From: Kiritimatiellia bacterium
Lineage (GTDB): Bacteria > Verrucomicrobiota > Kiritimatiellia > JAAZAB01
DNA: 64,000 nucleotides
Direction of reading: 5' to 3'
NCBI GenBank assembly: GCA_040767085.1
Contig: JAXGPF010000009.1
Span: 96,001-160,000 of the forward strand
Positions 39,726-48,918 of this stretch are shown one piece after another. The position numbers were made by a program, and so were the translations under genes. Under the pieces are notes generated by a model. The model ran no database searches. It was not told the DNA's origin and saw nothing but the letters and a program-made list of their open reading frames with translations. Within the stretch, counting starts at the first letter, position 1. Every line of letters starts with the position of its first letter.

Positions 39726-40763
39726 ATGAAAGCAAAATCAGTGATAAATTACCGGATGCCCGGAAATCTGTCGGTTTTTCAGGCAAAAATGTATAAGCAC
39801 TTGATTGACTGGAAACGCAGCCATATCACGGATAAACCGGGGTATTATGCGGGACGCGAATACGACACCGTTTTGCCGGATGAATTCAAGGGACAATTGC
39901 CGCATCTGTACAAGCCTGTCCGGCAGCGATTCCTTGACCACCAGCAGTCGTTTCACTTCAAAACCCACAAATTTTCCGACCACATGGCAAGTTCCCAGGT
40001 GGCCTGCGCGAATCTCTTCCTCCCAATTTTGGCACAGCCGGCTGTTGCCCCAGCAATCTTACAGGCGGTGAAACCTGATCTTGCGACGATCGCCACGGAT
40101 CAACTGGATTCAGGGTTCCGCATCGAGTTCTGGGATGAAGACCGGAATGGCAATCCCGGCCAGAAGGGGCTGCTTGGCGATCATAACCGCACCGCCGGCA
40201 CGGACGCCGATTTCGCCATCGCTTACCGGAACCATGACACTCAATTGTGCCTCTGGTTGATTGAGCACAAACTGACTGAGCAGGAATTCACAACCTGCGG
40301 CGGCGCAAAGAGCAAAGGTCGGCAGGCCGGCAAGCATTCATGTGATTCAATCGCTGAAATACTCAAAAACCCAAACTTCTGCTATTATCACAGCGCCTGC
40401 CGATATGAATACTGGAAGATTACCAACAGGGCCCCTGCCGAATTTCCCCGCAGTAACCTCTTAAAAACTGGTGAATGCCCTTTCAAGGGTGGACTCAATC
40501 AGCTTTGGCGTAATCAGCTCTTGGCAATTGCGATTGAAAACTCACCTGACTGGCCATACAAAAAAGTCTTTTTCTCCGTGGTCTATCATCCTAAGAATAC
40601 CGCATTGGCGGCATCCATGGATGCGTTTATGGCCCTCACGGGTAATTCCGGTCGGTTCACCAGCTTCACATCCGACGGCCTTGTCGAGAAGGCCGAGTCA
40701 TGCAATTCAACCGCACTCAGAGATTGGGCGGCTTGGTACAATGATTTGTATCTTGTCGGATAA
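39726..40763 (+). CDS. PGN_0703-like putative PD-(D/E)xK restriction endonuclease
   Basis: HMASSQVACANLF, TDAD, IEHKLTE.EF..C and QLWRNQLLA motifs. Start uncertain. Confidence 0.72.
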   Translation: MKAKSVINYRMPGNLSVFQAKMYKHLIDWKRSHITDKPGYYAGREYDTVLPDEFKGQLPHLYKPVRQRFLDHQQSFHFKTHKFSDHMASSQVACANLFLPILAQPAVAPAILQAVKPDLATIATDQLDSGFRIEFWDEDRNGNPGQKGLLGDHNRTAGTDADFAIAYRNHDTQLCLWLIEHKLTEQEFTTCGGAKSKGRQAGKHSCDSIAEILKNPNFCYYHSACRYEYWKITNRAPAEFPRSNLLKTGECPFKGGLNQLWRNQLLAIAIENSPDWPYKKVFFSVVYHPKNTALAASMDAFMALTGNSGRFTSFTSDGLVEKAESCNSTALRDWAAWYNDLYLVG

Positions 40764-40764
40764 C

Positions 40765-41784
40765 CTAATATTCCCGAACCTGCCCGGGTTTAAGCCCGGC
40801 ACGAAGTTGGCGTATGTGCTGGACCTCGACCGATTCGTTTCCCGGAAGTGGATGGTCCTTTTTGATCGCGGCCGTTTTCGCTACGCTTTTCAGCTTTTTC
40901 AAGGTCTGGCTGCCGGCTAGTGCCCCACCCTGTTCGTCATACCAGTCAAACCATGGCAGGCCGGCTACCGTATATTCCTTAGCCGTGAACGGCACCACGG
41001 GCGAATGAGCGCCGGTAATTTGCCGCCATATCATGGAGTTGGCAATATGCACAAAGCACCGGCTGGTATTGGCCGTGTCCCAGTCGCTTAAATCATACGG
41101 ATCCTTGTAAATAGCCTGTTTCATCCGCCCGCCGGGCGCCAGCCCCATGCCGTATTCCATGCTTTTATCGCAGAGCACACAAGAGGCGCGTGTTGTTTCT
41201 CTGAATATTTGCCGGACTGGAAAACGGCGCAAAAAAACATCACGTTTCATGGGGCACGCCATGATTTGCAGTCCGCCATGCTCGGCTTTGGTGGTAATCT
41301 GTTCCTCAACGGTGTAGCCGGAACCGAGCGGCATTGCGACAAACTGCCGGATCACCCCTTTTTCGACACAGTAGCCGTCAAGCCAGGGCTGTTTCGGGAT
41401 GACCATGTAATTCTGAGGCTTGCAGGCGATGGTGTTTTGCCATACTTTGCCGGTAATGGCGTTGATTTTTCCAGTAGCCACAATCACGGCAAATGGATAT
41501 TCGACATCCCGGTTCCAATCATTTTCTGACTTAAAATTCAGCCAGAGCGCTTCGGATTGATACATGGGGAGCATAACGCCGCCATGCTCCAGCCAAGAGG
41601 ATGATACCTGGCCGTCATGGTCGTCCACATGGCAGAGCGGAAAACGTCCAAGGCCGGGCGGCAGTGGATAATATTTACCATCATCGGGAATGCGCAGTGT
41701 GCGTTGAAATCCCACCCGCATCGTGGCACTGGGATGGACTTCCGGGAATGAAAATACGAGTTGATTGTCTTGAATTTCAATCAT
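40765..41784 (-). CDS. Conserved hypothetical protein (FQRTLRIPDDG...LPPGLG family)
   Basis: 339 aa with motif-like segments PMYQSEA, QPWLDG, RQFVAMPLG.GYTVEEQ, GLPWFDWY; RBS present. Confidence 0.8.
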   Translation of the reverse strand: MIEIQDNQLVFSFPEVHPSATMRVGFQRTLRIPDDGKYYPLPPGLGRFPLCHVDDHDGQVSSSWLEHGGVMLPMYQSEALWLNFKSENDWNRDVEYPFAVIVATGKINAITGKVWQNTIACKPQNYMVIPKQPWLDGYCVEKGVIRQFVAMPLGSGYTVEEQITTKAEHGGLQIMACPMKRDVFLRRFPVRQIFRETTRASCVLCDKSMEYGMGLAPGGRMKQAIYKDPYDLSDWDTANTSRCFVHIANSMIWRQITGAHSPVVPFTAKEYTVAGLPWFDWYDEQGGALAGSQTLKKLKSVAKTAAIKKDHPLPGNESVEVQHIRQLRAGLKPGQVREY

Positions 41785-41813
41785 GGCGAATCCTTTTGAT
41801 GACGATGTTCAAC

Positions 41814-42164
41814 CTACCAATGCCCGTCGCGGACCTCCCGAACCACCCGCAAAACAGCATGATCTGGGGCGTCCTTTAATTCCCGGATCATATCCGCAAA
41901 CAGGCGGGGGCGCTTCATGATGATCTGGCGCAGGTCGGACGAGACTTTGCCCGCCATGGCAAGCAGGATGTCGTGGTCTTCCTGAAGCGCCTCGGCCAGG
42001 CGCCGGATAGTGGCTTCGGATGGTGGCGGAGTCGCATCTCTTTCTATTTTACTGAGATACGACGGCTCCAAGCCAATCCTACATGCCACCTTACGGACGG
42101 TATATTCCGACTTGATTTGCAATAATTTTTCTCTTTTTGCACGAATATATTTGCCAAAACTCAT
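41814..42164 (-). CDS. XRE-family HTH transcriptional regulator
   Basis: FGKYIRAKRE...VRKVACRIGLEPSYLSKIER...PPSE. Confidence 0.9.
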   Translation of the reverse strand: MSFGKYIRAKREKLLQIKSEYTVRKVACRIGLEPSYLSKIERDATPPPSEATIRRLAEALQEDHDILLAMAGKVSSDLRQIIMKRPRLFADMIRELKDAPDHAVLRVVREVRDGHW

Positions 42165-42168
42165 AGTG

Positions 42169-42203
42169 CTGTGTAGTATGTTCTACACAGAACTTTACGT
42201 CAA
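42169..42203 (-). promoter_or_regulatory. XRE promoter with overlapping palindromic operator
   Basis: Minus strand TTGACG (42203-42198), 17 bp spacer, CATACT (42180-42175). Inverted repeat CTGTGTAG-N6-CTACACAG at 42169-42190. Confidence 0.7.
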
Positions 42204-42237
42204 GAATATTTTGATGAATTTTTCATCTGGAGTACAA

Positions 42238-43386
42238 ATGACTGAACTTCAATTGAACCTTGATGGCGCGTTTACGCATACTGCCGCAGAACTTCAGCAG
42301 ATGATACGTAAATACATCCTGGACATACTCGAATCACAAAGCCAGCCAAGCGCGGGTGAGCTCCTAGCCAAATTAGAGAATCGTTTTGACTGGCGGGTAC
42401 GGCAGATGTTGTTTCCGGTGGTGAAGGAACTTTGCGAAGATAAAACCGTGTCTAGATATCAACGCGACTACCTTAAAACAAATCTGCATCAAGAGGATAT
42501 TGAACAAGCATTACGCGGAGCTGTCAAACCGTCACAGGACTTCAAGAGCACGATTGACAAATTGATTACGAAAAGCCGGCTCTATCGGTCGTCTTCCGCC
42601 TTCCAGGAAGCGGTTGCGTTTATGGCTAAGTTCCGTGCCTATGCCCCATTTAACAATCTACTCGTCAAAGTGCAGAATCCCGCATGTGGATTCTACGCCA
42701 CCGAGAAAGATTGGAATAATAAATTTAGACGGTGGGTTAAAGAGGATGCCCGGCCAATGCTAATTTTGGCGCCAATGCATCCGGTTATGCTGGTCTATGA
42801 TGTCGATTCTACGGATGGTCAGCCACTGCCCAAGCATTTTGAGGATTTCGGCATTACTCAAGCGGACAAAGATTGGAACTACAATATCCTTGAACAAACG
42901 CTCATGAATTCAAAAAGGGATTTGATTGATGTCCATTTCAAACCTTTGTCAAAAACCATGTCAGGTTTTACCACTACTCGCGTTCAGAACCAAGGATGCA
43001 AGATGCGGATTGTTGTGAATAATAAGGAAGACCTACCCAGCCGCTACTCAATTTTATGCCATGAACTTGCCCACATTTACCTTGGACATTTAGGCGGTGA
43101 TAGAGATCGCTGGTGGCCTTCTCGGATTAATTTATCACATCCTACTGTGGAGATTGAAGCCGAAGCTGCGGCATATACTGTGGCAATTCGCACTGGTCTC
43201 AGGCCAGCGTCTGATTCGTATTTATCTTCATACTTGACAGATAAAGGAGTGCCGGATTCCGTCAGCATGGAGCTAATCGCTAAGGTTTCGGGTCGAATTG
43301 AAGAGATGGGCAAGCGGAAACTGCCGCCGCGCAAACGATTAAAACAACCAACCCAACCTGCTGATAACGAGAATCTCCTTTTTTAA
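42238..43386 (+). CDS. ArdC-like ssDNA-binding / ImmA-IrrE-type zincin metallopeptidase protein
   Basis: YAPFNNLLV..QNP...W...R.VK..A ArdC-N-like segment; HELAH and EIEAEAAAY zincin motifs. Confidence 0.75.
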   Translation: MTELQLNLDGAFTHTAAELQQMIRKYILDILESQSQPSAGELLAKLENRFDWRVRQMLFPVVKELCEDKTVSRYQRDYLKTNLHQEDIEQALRGAVKPSQDFKSTIDKLITKSRLYRSSSAFQEAVAFMAKFRAYAPFNNLLVKVQNPACGFYATEKDWNNKFRRWVKEDARPMLILAPMHPVMLVYDVDSTDGQPLPKHFEDFGITQADKDWNYNILEQTLMNSKRDLIDVHFKPLSKTMSGFTTTRVQNQGCKMRIVVNNKEDLPSRYSILCHELAHIYLGHLGGDRDRWWPSRINLSHPTVEIEAEAAAYTVAIRTGLRPASDSYLSSYLTDKGVPDSVSMELIAKVSGRIEEMGKRKLPPRKRLKQPTQPADNENLLF

Positions 43387-43736
43387 GTACATACTAAATA
43401 TTTAAGAAAGTATCCATGAGCGAAGAAATTATTTTGCATATTGATCACGATGTGCTGCTAAAGAACCTTATTCCTTGGACTAAAGTTGAACGCCGTCGGA
43501 AACACGACAATGCAGTCTTGTCGTTTGACGGTACTTTACTGAACATAGACTGAGCAGGATCGGAGTAATTGATGTTTTTCCGGGTTGTTTGAGTCACGCT
43601 AAGTGATGGACGTGGGCAAGCGTCCATCAGATAAAGTGCTTCTTTTTGCTCCCCTTGATTTTTGAGCATGCGGTAGCCTGCTGCGTCAGCAGCGGGGGCG
43701 CTGCCTCCTTGCAGCGTGCCGTGGGCGATTTCGTTT

Positions 43737-44135
43737 TTATGGCAGCGACGCTTTTAAGACTCGGTCGAGGTCGGCTTGGATTGGTTGGAGCAGTTCTATA
43801 TCCATGAATCCGTCTTGCACCTGTTTTTGCGCCTTGACCAGGGCTTCCCGGAAGAATGCCGCGGCGAGCGCCGGGTGACCTTTTTTTTCGTAGACCATTC
43901 CCAGCCCGTTAAATCCGTCGGGCACATCGGGTTGCGCGAGCATAAGTTTGTTGAAAATTTCCTCGGCGTCGTTAAGCTTGCCGGCGTCAATCAGATCGAG
44001 TCCCTGATTCCACCATTCGATGTCGTCTTCTTCCTCGAGTGGCCGGATTTGCGGGTATTGTTTTCTGATATTTGCGATATATTCCGCGATATTTATGGGA
44101 GCACGCATATGCATAAGGTACTCAACAGCGGTCAT
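43737..44135 (-). CDS. Tetratricopeptide-repeat protein (transposon passenger)
   Basis: WNQGLDLIDAGKLNDAEEIFNKL...PDGFNGLGMVYEKKG TPR pattern. Start uncertain (44135, 44114 or 44108). Confidence 0.75.
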   Translation of the reverse strand: MTAVEYLMHMRAPINIAEYIANIRKQYPQIRPLEEEDDIEWWNQGLDLIDAGKLNDAEEIFNKLMLAQPDVPDGFNGLGMVYEKKGHPALAAAFFREALVKAQKQVQDGFMDIELLQPIQADLDRVLKASLP

Positions 44136-44663
44136 TTTATCAAGTATTTAGAGCGATTTGATGGGAAGATTGCGCAGGCCGCCAAGGCGGAGATGTGCCG
44201 GTATTGCGGCGGCAAGCTGCATTGCGGCGATTATGCGCGCAAGCCGCGCGGTGTTGTCGGGTGGGATAAACGCCACAGTTTTAACTGTGCGCGGTGTCGG
44301 CGGCGCAAGACGCCGCCCAGCGTGCGTTTTCTTGGGCGCCGGGTTTATGCGGGCGTGGTGGTGGCGCTGGTGAGCGCGCTGATGCATGGTCTGAATGCTG
44401 GGCGCGCGCAGGTATTGGTTGAAAAACTGGGCATTGACCGGCGAACATTAAAGCGTTGGCTTGCATGGTGGCGCGCGGTGTTTGTGACGAGCGGGTTTTG
44501 GAAGGGCGCTCGGGCGAGTTTTATGCCACAGGTTGAGGCTACCCGGATGCCGTTGAGTTTATTGGAGGCGTTTGGCGCGGAGCGGCGCCGCGGGATGTTC
44601 AAGCTGTTACTTTTTATTGCGCCGATTACCACTGGTTCGTGTGAAATGGCGGTGGTTATGTGA
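44109..44663 (+). CDS. Transposon-associated Zn-ribbon/HTH protein (DUF6431-like)
   Basis: CRYCGGKLH...CARCRRR.TPPSVRFLGR followed by HTH LGIDRRTLKRW. Confidence 0.8.
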   Translation: MHKVLNSGHFIKYLERFDGKIAQAAKAEMCRYCGGKLHCGDYARKPRGVVGWDKRHSFNCARCRRRKTPPSVRFLGRRVYAGVVVALVSALMHGLNAGRAQVLVEKLGIDRRTLKRWLAWWRAVFVTSGFWKGARASFMPQVEATRMPLSLLEAFGAERRRGMFKLLLFIAPITTGSCEMAVVM

Positions 44664-44799
44664 TGGTTGTTTTTCTCCCGCAGAGCATGCCGCTGGAGCT
44701 TTGCGCGAGGGCGTTATACCTTGGGCGGCATTGCAACGGAATGGTCGGCGGAGCGGAATGGATTTCGCTTGGCGGCGGGCCAGACGGGAGGGGTGCGCA

Positions 44800-46296
44800 A
44801 TGCCAAAACAGGATGCGGATTATAGCGCGGGTGGCGGTGGTTCCGGGGGATGCGCGCGGTGGGCGCATTTTCGTTTCAGCGTAATTGGCCCATTATTGGC
44901 GGCGCCGCCGGGGCGGGGCGATTTGCAGGCGGAGATTGCGCTTCTGGCCGGCAAGCAATGGCGGCATCCGGTGACGGGGCAATGGGTGCGGTTTGGGTCT
45001 TCCACGATTGAGCGGTGGTATTACCGGGCTTTACATGGGGCCAAAGACCCGGTCGGCGTGTTGACGCGCAAGGTGCGCAACGATCATGGCGCCCATCGCA
45101 GTTTGAGCTTTGAGTTGCGCAATGCAATAAGCGTCCAGCACCAACAACACCCGGAGTGGAGTTGCCAACTGCATTACGACAACCTGGCGGTGCGCGTGGC
45201 GGAGGATTCGCGACTGGGAGCGTTACCGTCTTATGTGTCGGTGCGCCGTTATATGCGTGCCGCGGGGATGTTCAAGCGCCGCCGTTTGGGCGGGCGCCGG
45301 GATACCGCCGGCGCCCGGGCCGCCGAAGCGCGGTTTGCGGCTTTAGAGGTGCGCTCCTACGAAAGCGAGTACGTCAATGCGCTATGGCATTTGGACTTTC
45401 ATCAGGGATCAATCCCGGTCTTGACCAAGCCCGGCGAGTGGTTGCGGCCGCAATTACTTGGAGTGTTGGACGATCATTCCCGCATGTGCTGCCACTTGCA
45501 GTGGTACCTGGCGGAAACCGCCGAGAACCTGACGCATGGGTTAAGCCAAGCCATGCAAAAATGCGGTCTGCCAAGGGCGCTGATGACGGACAACGGCGGC
45601 GCCATGACGGCCGACGAAACCACGCAAGGACTCGCGCGTTTAGGTGTTTTACACGAGAAGACGCTGCCCTATAGCGCCTACCAGAACGGCAAACAGGAAT
45701 CCTTCTGGGGGCAAATAGAAGGGCGGTTGCTGCCCATGCTCGGCGGCTGCCCTGATTTGACGCTGGCACAGCTCAACCAGGCGACACAGGCCTGGGTCGA
45801 AATGGAATATAACCGCAAGGTGCATTCCGCGACCGCCCGATCGCCGGTTGATCGTTTTGTCAATGTCAAAGACGTGGGCAGAACTTGCCCATCCGCGGAA
45901 GTCTTGCGCCAGGCATTCACCGCCGGATGTTCGCGAACGCAACGCTTTAGTGATGGCACCATTAGCATTGACGGCGTACGCTTCGAGGTGCCTTCCCGCT
46001 ACCGCCATATCAAACGCATCGGCGTGCGATACGCCGCATGGGACTTGTCTTATGTTCATCTGGCCGACGCGCGTAGCGATCAAATCTTGACGCGGCTATT
46101 TCCGCAAGACAAACACAAAAACGCCGACGGCCACCGCCGCCAAAAGGAAACCATAGGCGACCATCCCGATCCAACATCGCCGCCGCCGCGGTCAACCGGC
46201 ATGGCGCCACTGTTGCGCAAATTCATCGCGGATTATGCCGCCACCGGGCTGCCGCCAGCTTATCTGCCAAAGGATGAACTCAAAATACAGGAGTAA
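44800..46296 (+). CDS. DDE integrase/transposase (rve core, Mu-like C-terminal domain)
   Basis: WHLDFH, LDDHSR, MTDNGG, GKQESFW, YNRKVHS, DGTISIDGVRFEVP; GGAGG RBS. Confidence 0.92.
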   Translation: MPKQDADYSAGGGGSGGCARWAHFRFSVIGPLLAAPPGRGDLQAEIALLAGKQWRHPVTGQWVRFGSSTIERWYYRALHGAKDPVGVLTRKVRNDHGAHRSLSFELRNAISVQHQQHPEWSCQLHYDNLAVRVAEDSRLGALPSYVSVRRYMRAAGMFKRRRLGGRRDTAGARAAEARFAALEVRSYESEYVNALWHLDFHQGSIPVLTKPGEWLRPQLLGVLDDHSRMCCHLQWYLAETAENLTHGLSQAMQKCGLPRALMTDNGGAMTADETTQGLARLGVLHEKTLPYSAYQNGKQESFWGQIEGRLLPMLGGCPDLTLAQLNQATQAWVEMEYNRKVHSATARSPVDRFVNVKDVGRTCPSAEVLRQAFTAGCSRTQRFSDGTISIDGVRFEVPSRYRHIKRIGVRYAAWDLSYVHLADARSDQILTRLFPQDKHKNADGHRRQKETIGDHPDPTSPPPRSTGMAPLLRKFIADYAATGLPPAYLPKDELKIQE

Positions 46297-46305
46297 TCAA
46301 ACATC

Positions 46306-47136
46306 ATGAGTAAAAAACTACTTGCGCTATACAGCCTGAAGTACAACCCGTTCTGCCAGGAAGTGCCGACCGCCGCACTATTCAGGACGCCGGCCGTCGA
46401 ACATTTTTGCTGGCGGATTGAAAATCAGGTCGGCGAAGGCGGCTTCGCGTTGGTTACCGGCTCGCCCGGATCCGGCAAAAGCGTGGCGCTGCGTATTCTG
46501 GCCGACCGGCTGCGCGGCATCCCGGATATCACCGTCGGCATCATCACCCGACCACAAGCATCCGTGGCCGACTTCTACCGCGAAATGGGCGATCTGTTCG
46601 CAACTACGCTGACGCCAAGCAACCGTTGGGGCGGCGCCAAGGCGTTGCGTCAAAAATGGCTGACCCATATTGACGCCTCGCTCTACCGCCCCGTCCTCCT
46701 CATCGATGAAGCCCAACTCATGACGCCGGGAACACTGGGTGAACTGCGCATGCTGGCAAGCGCCGAACTCGACTCGCGTAGCATCCTCACCGTGGTGCTC
46801 GCCGGGGATGAAAGACTGGTTAACAAACTGCGCAGCGACGACCTGTTGCCAATGGCCAGCCGTATCCGCTGCCGGCTGCCCTGTGACCCCGCCACCCCTC
46901 AACAACTACGCGAATGCCTCAACCATCAGCTAAAACAGGCCGGCAACACCAGATTGCTTTCAGACCCCGTAATCGCCGCGCTTTGCGAACATGCCGCCGG
47001 AAATTACCGGTCTTTAATGAACATGGCCAACGACCTCTTGGCCGCCGCATTACAACGTGAACTCGACCAAATTGATGAAAAACTCTTCTTCGATGTGTTC
47101 AATATCCGTGCCATATCAACGCAAAAATCCCAATAA
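46306..47136 (+). CDS. ExeA/TnsC-like AAA+ ATPase
   Basis: GSPGSGKS Walker A, LLIDEAQ Walker B, SRI arginine finger, GNYR. Confidence 0.9.
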   Translation: MSKKLLALYSLKYNPFCQEVPTAALFRTPAVEHFCWRIENQVGEGGFALVTGSPGSGKSVALRILADRLRGIPDITVGIITRPQASVADFYREMGDLFATTLTPSNRWGGAKALRQKWLTHIDASLYRPVLLIDEAQLMTPGTLGELRMLASAELDSRSILTVVLAGDERLVNKLRSDDLLPMASRIRCRLPCDPATPQQLRECLNHQLKQAGNTRLLSDPVIAALCEHAAGNYRSLMNMANDLLAAALQRELDQIDEKLFFDVFNIRAISTQKSQ

Positions 47137-47787
47137 AGCAACAACACTTAAACACGACAAGTAAAGACGGGGCGCCTACACGTCACGCCCAATTAAAAAG
47201 CGAATAGGCTCTCATTAAACAAGCCAGGCCAAACACATATCCATCAATTATCACGACAAATCATCCATCATTTTTTGTGATCGCTCTCAGACATGAGGGG
47301 CGTGTGCATCAAAGCGCCGGCCCAAGGCACATGGAACGGACAAGTTCGTATCTCTGCCTCGTTTATGGCAATGATAGCAAAGATGCCCTTCCCGGCTGGG
47401 CCCATAATCTTTCGCATTCAAGACAACCGCTTATGTGTAAATGTTTTCTCATGCCCATGCGTATGGCAATCCTCGGATCAATCAGTCATTAGGTTGCCAA
47501 TTAATGCCGATACTGCGCTGTTCCTTGCACTAAAACTCCGCTATTCAATGGACCGAATTCGTGCATCCGGTTTACTGGAAGCGGTGAACGCCGCAGAAGC
47601 ACAATGTAAACGAGATGTATATTCTGCCACCCTGGCGTTGTCAAAGTATGGGGTGCGTTCAGAGGATTTACGCGTCCTTATTGATCAGGCATTGATTGAG
47701 AATGGTTTGACCGGAAAAGCATAAAGACGACCATCACAGTAGCTGTCCATAATCACCGCTCAAAAGCCATTCTGTCGGAAGGGTTTC

Positions 47788-47988
47788 ATGAATTTTCAAC
47801 GCTACAAATGCCTAAAATGCGGACAGATGGCCGGCGTGCGAATAATTTATGGTTATCCCGGCCCGGAATTGTGTCAAGCAGAACAACGTGGCGAAATTAA
47901 ACTTGGGGGCTGTTGTGTGACCAGTGGTCAACCATATTTCCATTGTAATTCCTGTGGATATGAGTGGAATTTCAAGCAATCACGCTGA
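47788..47988 (+). CDS. Small Cys-rich (Zn-finger) hypothetical protein
   Basis: CLKCG...IIYGYP...LGGCC...FHCNSCGYEW. Confidence 0.7.
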   Translation: MNFQRYKCLKCGQMAGVRIIYGYPGPELCQAEQRGEIKLGGCCVTSGQPYFHCNSCGYEWNFKQSR

Positions 47989-48081
47989 GCCGATCAAACC
48001 ACGCAATACAATTTAAACCAAGATTCAAAGCGCTACGACAAGATATTGTGTTTTCTATATTTATTATTGTGAGAATAACAT

Positions 48082-48900
48082 ATGGGCAAGAAGCCGACAT
48101 CATTACGCGATAATACAGACACAATATCTCCACGTCCTAAAGTGCCGTCATTTTCTTTTGCCACCCATGCTGATTTATGGCAAAGCTGGACAAAGTTTAA
48201 AATATCGTTGCAGGGAATGGTTCAATCAGGGAAGAATAACAACGAGCTAACAAGTTCACTGCTTATGCTGGCGGATGAAGTCGTCTGGGAATTAGATCAA
48301 CTTCGCCAAAATATGCCAAACGCCCTACTCCCTTACACAGGCGACCGGAATTCTTGGCCGATGAATATCCCCGTGAACAAAGTCCAACGAGCAATTGATA
48401 TTAATAGCGTTTTTAAATCACTACCGATCGGCATTTATTTCAACGGCCCTCAGAGAGAACACCGCACAAACAATCCGTTAGGCATAAAAAATAAATTTGT
48501 TTATGATTTAGTTGCTTTGGGGTTTATTAAGACCGGTAATATCACTAAAATAGCACCATGGTCGCCATTTAATTATAATCTCACAACAAACAAACAGCAT
48601 AAAGCCCCGTTTGCAGCACAGTTTGATTTACCTCTTTCATCTGATACGCTGCCGAATTTCCTCAAAGCAGCTATGCAATTTCTTCGTTATGATATTTGCA
48701 AGAACAATATTCAGTTAGCAGAGAAATTGCCTATTTTCTCAGGATTGGCAAAACAACGTGACCGACATCTATCTGAGAAGGACAAGGACGGCAAACACAT
48801 ATTTAATGTTGTAGTGTCTGATGATCCAAAGCGCTACTGGTCCCATGCAAGTAACGTACTTGCTCGCGTAATAAAACGTCATTCTGGCATATTTCGGTAA
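48082..48900 (+). CDS. Hypothetical protein (AT-rich)
   Basis: 272 aa ORF with no recognised motif. Confidence 0.6.
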   Translation: MGKKPTSLRDNTDTISPRPKVPSFSFATHADLWQSWTKFKISLQGMVQSGKNNNELTSSLLMLADEVVWELDQLRQNMPNALLPYTGDRNSWPMNIPVNKVQRAIDINSVFKSLPIGIYFNGPQREHRTNNPLGIKNKFVYDLVALGFIKTGNITKIAPWSPFNYNLTTNKQHKAPFAAQFDLPLSSDTLPNFLKAAMQFLRYDICKNNIQLAEKLPIFSGLAKQRDRHLSEKDKDGKHIFNVVVSDDPKRYWSHASNVLARVIKRHSGIFR

Positions 48901-48918
48901 GAGTCCACCCGAACACCT

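Larger units (their letters stand above)
43551..47289 (+). mobile_element. 3.74 kb transposon: Zn-ribbon protein + DDE transposase + AAA ATPase, with TPR passenger
   Basis: Ends TGAGCAGGATC...GATCGCTCTCA, repeated TGATGG-type subterminal motifs, 3 bp duplication GAC, interrupted host gene. Confidence 0.85.
43416..47724 (+). pseudogene. Hypothetical gene (~188 aa) split by transposon
   Basis: 43416-43550 (MSEEIILH...TLLNID) joins in frame to 47293-47724 (MRGVCIKAPAQGTW...) once 43551-47289 and one GAC copy are removed. Confidence 0.8.

Noticed and set aside
43776-44108. N-terminal extension of the 295 aa ORF 43776-44663
   Set aside because: Antisense to the TPR gene. The recognisable Zn-ribbon protein starts at ATG 44109.
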